Shown here in pieces: positions 48,806 through 60,400 of a stretch of DNA of 64,000 nt (within the stretch, counting starts at the first letter, position 1; each line of letters begins with the position of its first letter). The notes below the pieces were generated by a model. That model was not told the origin of the DNA, ran no database searches, and was given only the letters and a program-made list of their open reading frames with translations. Source of the stretch: Marsupella aquatica (Eukaryota; Plantae; Marchantiophyta); assembly GCA_973895155.1 (NCBI GenBank), contig OZ316898.1, forward strand, positions 9,623,761 through 9,687,760, written 5' to 3'. A program made the translations under genes and the position numbers.

Positions 48806-51800
48806 TCAACCATAGACTACTTTCCTTACTGTTTCTTTCCCTGTTCCGAATTCTTCAGCTACATCTATTCCAACTCCACAGCCGAGTGATTTTAACTCCT
48901 CCAGTAAAGCCCCGATCCCTGTTTTAAGACTCTCCTGCCAATCAAACAAAGCCCACGACTACAAATCTCAACCTTCTATAGATATACTCCGCACAAATTC
49001 GACAATAATGTTGAGTCACCTGGAACCCTTACAAACCTGTCCTCCAACAATTAAGATAAAATTACCTACCTCTTTTACTGATCTCTTCCGCCGTGATAAA
49101 ACTTCTACTGGCCACGCCCGGACCAGTACTCTCAGGTACAGTTCTCTCTCTTCGGACTCCTGAAAGAACAAAACATAATAAAGCACTCGCTTGAGTGAAC
49201 AGATTTGGGGGGGGGGGGGGGAAGTGGGGCGGGGGCCGCAAATCGGCCTTCTAAGAAATGAATGATTCACAAATAAACTCACTAGGTTAGGGAGATACAA
49301 CATCACTTCATATTATTAGTAACAGCCGATTTCCTTTCCAACACAAAGACCAAGCGTAATGATAACGCGTTTAAGACTTTATTACAGTCTGTAGACGCGT
49401 ACAAAGAATACAGACCGTCTCTCAGACATAAGAATCTTTATCATGCTCCCCCAGTTGTAAAGGAGGAGAACGGGATAATATGTAGAAGGAAAGACTTATA
49501 GCATCACATACCTGGACTTGCGAACAGATAAGCTCCGCCGCATCCTTTGGTCGCCCTTTCAATAAATAAGCCTACATCGAAGATATTCTTGTTACAAAAC
49601 ACAATTCTAACAGGAGAAATGTTGATGCCAAAGCTCCTTCTTGAGACAGCCAAGCTTATTCAATCAGTGGAGAACCTCCTCAAGTATTAGGTGATTTAAA
49701 AAGTAAAAATTAAAAAGCCTGTGATCACACATAAGTGCTTACTTTCGATAACGCAAAAGTGCTTGCTGTAGTCGGTGGAACCTTGAGCTTAGATCTCCAC
49801 TGCTGAATTTCCATGACATGCTTTACATCACCTGCACCGGTTCACTGAAGAGCGTCAAAATTCTCAGTACATGTAACTATCCACATTGTAACCGGATAAC
49901 CCATTTTCTCAAAAATTAAGACAAAAGAACTCAATATTGGCTAAAATTCTGCAGATATAGAGATGGCTACCATAAAATATTGCAAAGTTCGAAACCTGGT
50001 TCAGTGTTTCTTCATTTACCCCCACCGTTTTCCGTTCTTTCAATTGACTCAGATTAGTTGACAGACAAGAATTTCTAGACTTTTAAACCATTTCAATTGC
50101 GTACTTAAGAATACAGAAAAAAAAGTGCATTTACCAGCATTTGCAGCACAGGAGATACAAACGTCATAAAGTGCTGGCCGGAACTTCAGGCCATTCTCGT
50201 GGAATTCTTTTGCCAAAGAAAATAAGATACTCTCGTTTCCTTGGTCTTTACAAGTCCTGTAGATCCCCGAAAAAAGTACAAGTTTGTAAATGGACACAGT
50301 AAAACTCTTCTTCTAAACACTTGTTAATTTGCTACCGCTTTAATTCGGACACAAGAGGTCTTAATTATCATCGCAGACTAACGCAAAACAGCAGGGCCTC
50401 TACTTGTAAGAACAGGAAGAAGGTTGCCAGATACTAACCGTAATGCAATGTCAGCCGTTGTTTTAGTTGGCACCAACGAATTTGAGGCCATGGTTTTCAA
50501 AGTGTTTCGCATTAACGAAATGTCATTCTTCTCTCTAGCATATGCCTGAATAGATTAACTCATGGGTTAACACGAACTACGACATGCAAGCACACCATGG
50601 GATACTCCTAAAACTAACACTTGTTTTGAATACCCACGTGGGAAAGGTTGCACCGCCTATCCTGAGACTGACCAAACAAATACAGTTTTGCCCGGAATAT
50701 GGGGGCCCAGTGAAGATTGACCTAATCAAAATCAATGAGATTGACGGACAATGAAGACAATTCTACGCTGACCAGAGTCTTGAGGAAGTAGCATAATGGA
50801 TAGTCTGACCCCACACGTACTAATTTCAAACTCTAAGCCTTCAAACCACACGAAGCAAGGTGAGATAAAATTCACCAGAATCTGATGAGCTGCCTCTAAA
50901 GATGGGGTGAATCCATAAATGTTGTGTACCCATATAGTTTTTAGTGCTGTTCCAACAACCACCATGAGGAGAGAAATAGGTTCAGTTGACGTCTGCCTCT
51001 CTGTCAGAAATACCATGTTGACACTTCTAGAATCCAGAAGAGCTTCTAGCAAGAATGACATTCCCATCCCTCAACATTTCCGAAATCCCTTTCATTTTTC
51101 TTGCTTCTATGAACAGTTCTTCCACAATCTGAGAAGACCAGAACAGAAGTTCCGCCAAAAACGTCGCAATACATCACCCATCAGAATTTACATTCAACTT
51201 AGCTACAGATTTAATGCTCACCGTTCTTGGGATCATCTACCCGTAGGCAAGCATCCAAAACCATTTTGGTTAACTTCGGACTGAAATTTGCTTGCTGTTG
51301 ACCTTGTACAGCCCTCTACACCACCGTTCCAAGCGAAGTGATGAGTCACCCCCATTGCCCAAGGCAGGTAGATTGTTTCAAGCCGTGCTTAATGGTCATA
51401 GGACGCAGAACTGATTTCCTTTTAAACTCCAAGTTTCCAAATGAGTCGTCACAATCCTCTCTAAATCAATAATCAGCAATATTTTCTCATGTCGTGTACA
51501 AATCAATGATTAATTGAAGCTTACAATCCAATCCGACGATTCAATCGTAACAACTTTAAAGTAATAAACGAAAATCCACCTATGTCGACTCTGATTCATG
51601 AGCTCAGCATCCCAGAGGAAGTTTTCCACAACTTACTGTAGTACGCAATCGAGCGATGCCTTCCAACGCAAGCCTAATGTCAGCACGATTCGCACATTCC
51701 TGCAGAAGTGAAGACACCAACGCAGATTCTGGAATGCGCTGCTTGTCCATAGTCTCGATCAGCTCTTGGTGGATTCTCTGGACCTCTGGACTGAAGCTCT

Positions 51801-52261
51801 CCGTCGTAGTCTCAGCTGGGCCCACCGTAACTTCAATTCAGTGCACAATGCCATTCAGTATAATACATTACAATGCAATGAATTGCATGCTCAGGATGAA
51901 TTGCTCACGGGCCAAGGCAGGCAGACAATCAAAACCCAGAGTGCAAGTAAGTAATTATGACCTAAAGAGGAATTTCCAGCTTGACAACCACGGGCCACAA
52001 AACCGAGAACGAAACGGAACCGGAGCTGTCACCTGGAACATCCGGGGCGCCATCAGCATTGACGACTGTCGAATGCAGGGCTCGGGACAGCACATTGGGA
52101 TCAATCCGGATAGATGGGTATGCAATTCGCGCAGTGATTGTGGTTGTTGATGCTGTATGTGGGGATGACGCGGCTACAAGGAGACTCGAACGTGCTGTTG
52201 AAGGTGGCTTGGCGTTCCACAGCCTCAGGCCTGCACCTGCTACTGCCCTGGTCGCCTTCAT
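48806..52261 (-). CDS. mS83: Mitoribosomal PPR-like protein, At4g15640/At3g21465 family (rPPR10/mS83); exons 52261-52033, 51830-51637, 51315-51222, 50946-50876, 50545-50439, 50256-50135, 49831-49743, 49571-49512, 49159-49070 and about 48934-48806
   Basis: The spliced product has a mitochondrial-type presequence and family-like segments: IHQELIETMDKQRIPESALVSSLLQECANRADI, ALKTIWVHNIYGFTPSLEAAHQILAYA, TADIALRTC, AYLLKGRPKDAA, LVRAWPVEVL. All junctions are GT-AG and in phase. The last acceptor is uncertain. Confidence 0.8.
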
Positions 52262-52424
52262 CGGAGCTCCACCTCTCGCTCTAACTCTGTGATCTCTGTG
52301 AAGTCTCCAGAGGAAGCTCCACGATCGGTAATTTGCGTTTCGTTCTCGATGTTTCTCTTCGTTTTCGCATATGGAGATTGGTGAGGAGGGTTTTGCGTTT
52401 TGGGTTTCTCTTTTTTTTTCTCTT

Positions 52425-52430
<6 letters not shown>

Positions 52431-52455
<25 letters not shown>
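52431..52455. repeat. (CT)n microsatellite in the 5' region of the mS83-like gene
   Basis: Direct reading. Confidence 0.9.
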
Positions 52456-52459
<4 letters not shown>

Positions 52460-52480
52460 TCTCGCGTTCTGGGAGTGGGA

Positions 52481-53680
52481 GTAGGGGTTTAAGGGCACGG
52501 TTCCATGAGCAGGGGTTAGGTGGTACGAATAGAATACATTCCTTGTTAAATATACCATGAAGTAAAATATTATCAATGTGCCAAAGAGCAAAAACACCAA
52601 ACCTGTGCCAAAGAGCAAAAACATATGAAGTAGGGTGCAAGGGCACGGTTCCATGAGCAGGGGTTAGGTGGTACCAATAGAGTACATTCCTTGTTAAATA
52701 TTATTTTTTATGACGTAAAATATTATCAAAGTGCCAAGGAGCAAAAACACCAAACCTGGAGATGGACTGTAATATAAGAAGTAGGGTGCAAGGGCACGGT
52801 TCCATGAGCAGGGGTTAGGTGGTACGAATAGAGTACATTCCTTGTTAAATATACCTTTTTATGAAATAAAATATTATCAAAGTGCTAAAGAGCAAAAATA
52901 CCAAACCTGGAGATGGACTGTAATATATGAAGTAGGGTGCAAGGGCACGGTTGCATGAGCAGAGATTAGGTGGTACGAATAGAGTACATTCCTTGTTAAA
53001 TATACCTTTCTATGACGTAAAATATTATCAAAGTGCCAAAGAGCAAAAAGACCGAACCTGGAGATAGATTGTAATATATGAAGTAGGGTGCAAGGGCAGG
53101 GTTCCATGAGCAGGGGTTAGGTGGTACGAATAGAGTACATTCCTTGTTAAATTTACCTTTTATGATGTAAAATATTATCAAAGTGCCAAAGAGAAAAAAC
53201 TCCAAACCTGGAGATAGACTGTAATATACGAAGTAGGGTATAAGGGCACGGTTCCATGAGCAGGGGTTAGGTGGTACGAATAGAGAACATTCCTTGTTAA
53301 ATGTACCTGCTATGAAATAAAAATAGGTTGTGAAATATGAAGTAGGGTGTAAGGGCACGGTTCCAGAGCAGGGGTTAGGTGGAACGAATAGAGAACATTC
53401 CTTGTTAAATATACCTTTCATGAAGTAAAGTAGGTCACTTGTAAAATATGAAGTAGGGTGTAAGGGCACGGTTCCATGAGCACGGGTTAGCTGGTATTAA
53501 TAGAGTACATTCCTTGTTAAATGTATCTTCTATGAAATAAAATAGATTGTAAACATGAAGTAGGGTGTAAGGGCACGGTTCCATGAGCACGGGTTAGATG
53601 GTACGAATAGAGAACATTCCTTGTTAAATCTACCTTTTATGAAATGAAATACTGTAGGTTGTAAAATGTAAAGTAGGGGT
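52481..53680. repeat. Tandem satellite, 9 copies, period about 150 bp switching to about 110 bp
   Basis: Core AAGGGCACGGTTCCATGAGCAGGGGTTAGGTGGTACGAATAGAGTACATTCCTTGTTAAAT at about 52491, 52640, 52791, 52941, 53092, 53243, 53351, 53462 and 53570. Confidence 0.95.
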
Positions 53681-55899
53681 GTTTTAATTAGGTCAGGATC
53701 ACACCAATTGGACAGGACGTTATGGAGAATGATGTGAGAGAGTTAGGTAAATTGACTTATTTTCTTACATTGATGGTTAATTACAAGGACTATTCTAGTC
53801 AAATATCTATCAATAGACATGGACTCACCTGAGTTAGAGTGATTGTCAATTGAATTTACATCACTCTCAATTGCAAAGAGTGATGATGGCTATCTCTTGA
53901 TGTTAAACACATACTAAGTTAATTTCTATATTTTGAAGTGGAGAACAAGTGGCTCTGATCTCACAATGCAATAATGCCTCCTGGCCCCCTTGCACAAGTA
54001 GGAACATGGGGCATCCCTAGTGCAGTCTTAAGTGTGCAAATTGTATGGCATTTGTCTAATACTCAAGGCCAAGCTTAAGGCCAGACCTCTGGCAAATGCA
54101 AATCAGATTGATTATAAATCCACCATGTCATAAGCCCGGTCAGAAGTTGTCAACTGGCCACCTCAGTTGGGTTTGATAATTACAACAGAGGAGGAGATTA
54201 AAGTTCAAAGCTCCCTTGTAGGACAGAACCTCAGCCTATGTGGCCCTTAGCCCCCAGATACAGGTTTATGTTGGCAAATGACCTATCTTGTGAGCTTTGT
54301 TTGTGATAAAACATGACCCAACCAGGTAAGCTCATACCAGCATGCCTTCCTCCAAATTAGTTAGAATTTGACAAAGGGCTGGTCCTTGCCAAATCCAGTT
54401 TTGTGACAGGGGTGTGATTTTCCACCATAGAGCCCTTTGCCCCATTTGCCACATGGGATAACGAGTAAGATTTGGGTGAAACACCCCTAAAAATATTACC
54501 CATGTTCCATAAGCCCCTGGCCTGCCCAGTACCTCCATTCAAGACCTCGTTCAAGACCTGGGCAGAACCTTGGGCAAAAATTAAGTCAATAGCTATCCCC
54601 ATCGTGTACCTCAATTTGGAATTGCTTGTAAAGCCAACCTTGGGCCTGGGGGCAAATCTTGAGGGCCATCCCCTCCACATGAGCTCTCTAGGGTTGTTTG
54701 GCAAGCCATCCACACATGCAATTGGGGGGGTTGGGGTCGGGGTGACTTCTGGCTTAGAATAAGGCTCTCAGAGCCATAATCCGTGTGATCCACCTCACAT
54801 CACACAGCCCCCAAATGTGCAGTGTGGGGATAGATTTGCTTTAAATCCCAGACTCCCCATTATGTTTTGCAACTCTCTTCCAGGGGGTTCACTTGGGGTC
54901 TTGTGAGCTGACACACATCAAAAGCAACTGTTGATTTCCATTCACCCCCCTGCCACCCTGTTTTCTGCAAATAGTTGGCACAGAGGAAGTGCACCAAGAG
55001 TGGTGCACTTCCACTGCTTACCCCCATTTGCCACAACAAGAATATGTTACAAACAGGTGTGAATGGAAATTACTGCTAAACTACAGTCCCTTAGAGTCTG
55101 TCTCTCAATCACACATAAAGTTTTTTCATGAAAGGAATCATTTAACAAGATGTGGCCCTCCAGATTGCTTTCGTGAAAAAAGTCACAAGTACCCCTAATC
55201 TCTTGTAAAGTCACCCTCAATCACACATCAAGCTCACTTCATCAAGTGTGTACATCATCAATGCGTCAACCATTGATTAGCCTGCCTCCATCATCTGCCC
55301 CCCCCCCCCCCCCCTCTCCAGGTACTTTGCATGTGTCTTCCCTTCCCTTCCAAACCAACAAGGAGAGGGAGGAGTATAGGATCACCAAGGTCTGGTGTGG
55401 GGGGTTGTAGGCTGTAACCTTGTGTCCGGAATGTGAAAAAAGTGGCAATCTCAAAGCTTTTTCAAACATTCTGGATGCAGGGTAAGTTATAGACTAAAAC
55501 CTTCGCCCAAACATTTTTTGTGCATAAATTTTCCCCAAAAATAGAGAATCTGCCTACAAATTTCCCTACACAAGAGTATGAGAATAGGAGCATGGAGCAG
55601 AAATGGTCACCCACCAGTGTATATCTTAGATGCAAAATTTTGTCAGATTCCACCTCCCCAGAACATTTTTGCTACTTTTGGCAAAAATTAGCAAAAATTA
55701 GCTACATCCCATTTGCCAGTTTCCCACTGAGTGACAGACCCCATTTGCCAGAATCTGATGGTCATCAGTAAGTCTAGGGAGATCTAACAGTCAGGAAATA
55801 ATTCAGAAAAAAAGCATATAGCAAATATTTGTAGCATATTGTCCTTCACAGAGGCTGGCGTTTGCCACACTGGCGGAAAAGGACACATTAAAAAAATCC

Positions 55900-56566
55900 A
55901 TTGTTACCTTCCCTTAAAACCTTGGTTCCTAACACTGTTACCTGCCCTTAAAACCATTGTTCCAGACCAAAGATAGGAAATGCTCTTACCCACCCTTAAA
56001 ACCATTGTTCCATGCTGAAGCAAGCATGGCTGAGTGGTAGCTCACTTGAGTAGGAACTCATAGGTCTCTTGGGTTCAAATGTTATAACTGGCTGCTGTTG
56101 CCTCCCATTCCTTGGGGAGGAACTCATAGGTCTCTTGGGTTCAAATGTTATAACTGGCTGCTGTTGCCTCCCATTCCTTGGGGTTTCACGGATTCCCCTT
56201 ATAAATAGAAACCTTTGTTCCATACCAAAGTTAAGGAAACGCTGTTACCCACCCTTAAAGCCATTGTTCCATACCAAAGTTAGGAAAAGCTATTACCCAC
56301 CCTTAAAACCTCTGTTCCTTTCGTGAGGTGTCACGGATCTCCCCTTATAAATAAAAACCATTGTTCCGGACCAAAGTTAGGAAACTCTAGTACCCACCCT
56401 TAAAGCCATTGTTCCATACAAAAGTTAGTAAACGCTATTACCCACCCTTAAAATCCTTTTTTCCTCTCGAAAGGTAAGTGAGGAAGGCGAAGGCCAAAAC
56501 AATCAAAAGTTTTGTTCCATACAAAAGTTAAGAAACGCTATTACCCACCCTTAAAAACCTTTGTTC
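55900..56566. repeat. Array of about 48-bp units (about 8 copies) upstream of WDR20, interrupted by a SINE
   Basis: Unit approximately TTACCCACCCTTAAAACCATTGTTCCATACCAAAGTTAGGAAACGCTA. Confidence 0.85.
56024..56211 (+). mobile_element. tRNA-derived SINE-like element, copy 3, with a perfect internal 66-bp duplication
   Basis: A-box TGGCTGAGTGG and B-box-like GGGTTCAAAT; 56052-56117 is identical to 56118-56183. Confidence 0.75.
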
Positions 56567-56879
56567 CTTCTCTCGTGTGTCTGTGGGCTGCTGCACATCA
56601 AGAGCGCCTCTTTCAGACCGCTGCTTGCTTCCTTTCTCGCTTCCTTCCTTGCTTCCTTCGCTTGCTCCTCTCCAAGACACGAGACTGCTGCACTCGACGG
56701 GAGAAAAGCGAGAGAGAGAGAGAGAGATGGAGCAACACGCGGGTGCTGATGGGCATGCCTGTTGCTGAAGAGTGAGTGACTGGCAATTGCTTTGTGGTGG
56801 CCGCAGGCCGAGTGAAAGAAAGAGCGAGAGAGAGGAGGATTGGGATGATGGGGGAGGCGGAGGATTTGAATCATCAGTC

Positions 56880-56952
56880 AGGTGAGTTGAGTTGAGATGA
56901 GTTGAGGTGAGGTGAGGTGAGGTGAGGTGAGGTGAGGTGAGGTGAAGTGAGG
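56880..56952. repeat. (GAGGT)n pentanucleotide microsatellite
   Basis: Direct reading. Confidence 0.9.
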
Positions 56953-57490
56953 AGTTTGATTTTTCAACACAGTGATACTGTCACCGATAGGTTGGTGGGC
57001 GAAGAGCATGGGGGAGAAGGACCCCTTCTGTGGAGCGCCGACGAGCAGGGCAGCAGGGGACGAGCTAGGAGAAGGGATGGGAATGGCAGCGTGAGCAGGA
57101 GGATCAGGCAGGTGAGGGAGATTGTAGAGATTGCGCGAAGATCTGGTTTGGAAAGTCAAGGTTGTGGAGCAGGACTGGATTTAAAGTGGGGGAGGTGGAG
57201 GTGGAGGTGGAGGAGGAGGAGAACGGGGCTGGCAATGTGAGAATAATTGATGAAAGAATGCTGTTTTCCAGTAGCACATCTTGGTTACTTTACTCGATAT
57301 CATCGGCGGGCGGGGGAAGTGGTGGAGGTGGAGGAGAATCAGCAGCAGCAGGAGGAGCAGGAGGAAGGTGGTATGCTAGAGATATTAGAGCAGCAGGAGC
57401 AGCAAGTGGGTTTTTTAGGGTGGTGGCGGATCATCAGCAGCAGGTGCATCATCGACAACGACAACACCAAGAGTGAGTCTGCTACGACTG

Positions 57491-60400
57491 ATGGCAGCGC
57501 CCAATTCTCAGTCTCCCAACGTCAGGACCCATTTCAAGACTCCGGAAGGCCGTTACAAGCTCATCAAGGAAAAGACCCATCCGGCGGGTATCATTCACTA
57601 CAACCATAACAAAGCCAACAACCCTCAGGTACTTAGCTATCTTCTCCTTCTTCTCATCATCGTTATTTCTTCTCCTCCTTCCGCCCACCATCGCTGGGCA
57701 GCAGCAGCAGCAATTTACGAAAATAAATAAATCATCTGTCTGTCCTTCCTTCCTTCCTTCTTGGGTCAGCCCTAGCAGTGGGGGCAGTCCTGTTTGGAAG
57801 GATTTTACGCTGACCTCGGATAATGTTACATCGATGCCCACACGGAAATTGACGTGGTCTCCGATCTAAATTCACGACCTACGAAGAGGCGATACGTGTT
57901 CTTCTTTGGCCAATTAGAACAGTACTCCTGCCCAGCTGGAAAATCTTTTGGGTTGGAAATTTAGGGTGCAGCTTAAGGGAATTTAATTTATCGCCATGCC
58001 GACAACGGATACGCATTGGCTCTCCAACCCTAATTAGCCAGCTCCGTAGTTAGGGTGGGCAAGTCTCCGCAAGCTGAATAAATATAGGCGTTCTCCGCTC
58101 CTAGAGTTTCGTTGTCACTGCGGAGACGGCCATAGAGGTGATTTCATGCTGTTGTGCTATCTGTAATTGTGTTTCAGTTGTGGAGATTCGTTGAGTGTTT
58201 TCACCAGATTTTGCTTTCGAAATGTTCCATTTGATCTTGAAAGACAGTCAAAGGCACCAGGGAGGAAGAGGACTGTGTAAGACAGTTTGTGTGTTTTATA
58301 ATACGGAATATGTATAAGAAGGAATATTTATCAGAAAGAAGCCAAAAGGCCAAAGTTGAGGCATGGCAGGTGACGTTAGCCCATTTGAAGGAGAAACCGG
58401 CGCATACTCCTCCAACCAGTAGTTCGTCGAGCAGCAGTGGAGGGGTTGGGGTTAGGTCTGCAGCTGCGAGGTTGCTGGGGGGTTCTGGCAATGGGAGCAG
58501 AAGCCTTGGATTTGGAGGAACGAATTTGACGAACAGAATGGGCGGTGGAAACAAGGGTACTACGCCCATCGTGGGCTTGGGCATCAATAATGGCCCATTG
58601 GCTTCCAGCTATGATGGAGAAGGCACATATATTATATACAACATAGCTGACACAATATTTGTGAACGATTACCACTCTCAAGATAAGGTTAGCTATGAAT
58701 CAAACTTTTTCAGACTTATCAATTTACCTGGATACTTACTCGTCATTATTAGGGCTAATCCTTGTTCCTCTGGAAGTTTAGTTGCTCTGGACATTAGGTT
58801 TGATATTGGAGTCGAAGTTTTTTGTTTTTGCATGGCTGCAAGTTGCTTCTCGAGTGACTCCAAGACAACGTAAGTACCGTGGACACATTTCCTGAACTTA
58901 TTGCCTTGTCAGGAAGTGACGAATTTCTGAGACAAATTTGGTTGATGCTCCAGGATCCCATCAAATGTTTTCAGTTTCCGACAATCCCAATCTGTCACAC
59001 CTTTGATCCTGATGCCAAGGATGGTCATGACTTCCTCGTTGGTTTAGTCTCCGGAGATGGTATTGTCTTTTGTATCTTTATCTTTTTGGAATGTTAAACT
59101 AAGACAAGCTGCGACTGTCCATTCCTGCTATTTTGTGTACTGTTACGTACTTTGGTCTGCTGATTGACTCCGTGATGTTCTTGTGGACCGTTCGGTTTCT
59201 CATTTTCCTTTTAAATTCTGTGATGGGCAGTTTACTCTGCGTCTCTGAGACAGCAGTTGCAAGATCCTGGGAAGAAGATTGTTGGTGCAATGCATTATAA
59301 CAAGGATGCATCCATCGTCCCGAACAGGTTGGTCATCATTGCCACTACGCCATTATCTGTTGTAATCAAAACATTCAGCGTGGTTAGAGGACTGAACAAC
59401 CTGGTGTGTAATGCTGATATTTCCTAAGAAGCACGATGCGCAAGCCCGGAACTACTTTCCAAATCGACTTGCTGTCCAACTCTTGAATTTTTTTAAGATG
59501 TTTGAAAAGGGGTGTAGTTTAAGGTTTGTATAATAGGTTGGGCTGCCGAATACATTAGACCTGGAATACTAAGCTATGCTTTTGGCGTAGAGGCCTTCTT
59601 ATGGATTACTTGTTAAACAGAGATGAGTAGAGAGACTTCGTATTCTTTACCAGCCACAAATTTATTATCGTTATTCGAGTAAGTACGGATTTTGTTTTGA
59701 ATTAAATATCCCTGGAATAACTAAAATGTTCGCACGGTGATTGGAAAATGCTTTATACTCTGAAACACTGCTGGACCCCACCAACAGGGCAGGTGTTTCT
59801 TGTGAGATTAGCTCTAGACGAATCAGAAATTCTGCCTTACTGTCTATCATGAATGAACTTCACCCGATTTCCGAATCCTAGTTTAAATTTTATCCAATGG
59901 TAGTGTTTCCATTTTCCCAACAATCCAGAAAACAAATTGTAGGTTAGAATGATCTAACGATCAATTGAGCTAGAATGTAGATCAATTGAGCTAGAATGTA
60001 CTCCTAAGACTTCTATTCGAAGGGTTTGAATGATCAACTATGGCAGTGTTATGTCCTGCTTTGAACTTTTGAATTCTGCTTACCAACTCGCTGTTGCTTT
60101 TTCCAAGGCTCGAGAACCGGTGTACTGTCGTAGCATGGGTACCTCAAGGGGAAGGGAAGTTTTTGTCAGCAAATGCTGACGGAAATATCTATATTTATGA
60201 GAAAGTAAGTTTCGCTCCCAGTGTTATATCTCCTTTTCTCATTGTTGGAGTAATTGTGATTTAAGTTGCATTTCGCAATTTTGAAAGAAAAAATGGGGGA
60301 AATTGTCATGCCTAAATTATTCTTGTCTCCTCGCTCATTCGTAGGGTATGATTTTCAGGGCCCTTACTCTTTCTCACTCTTGAATGGATTCCGATCTGTA

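Noticed and set aside
52481-53680. CRISPR-like array (conserved repeat plus spacers)
   Set aside because: The linkers are homologous to each other, the repeat is about 70 bp, no cas genes are present and the context is eukaryotic. It is a tandem satellite.
54000-54900. Retroelement remnant between the mS83-like gene and WDR20
   Set aside because: TE-like composition but no identifiable motif.
56024-56090. Functional tRNA gene
   Set aside because: A and B boxes are present but I could not fold a cloverleaf. Degenerate dispersed copies with A-rich tails fit a SINE.
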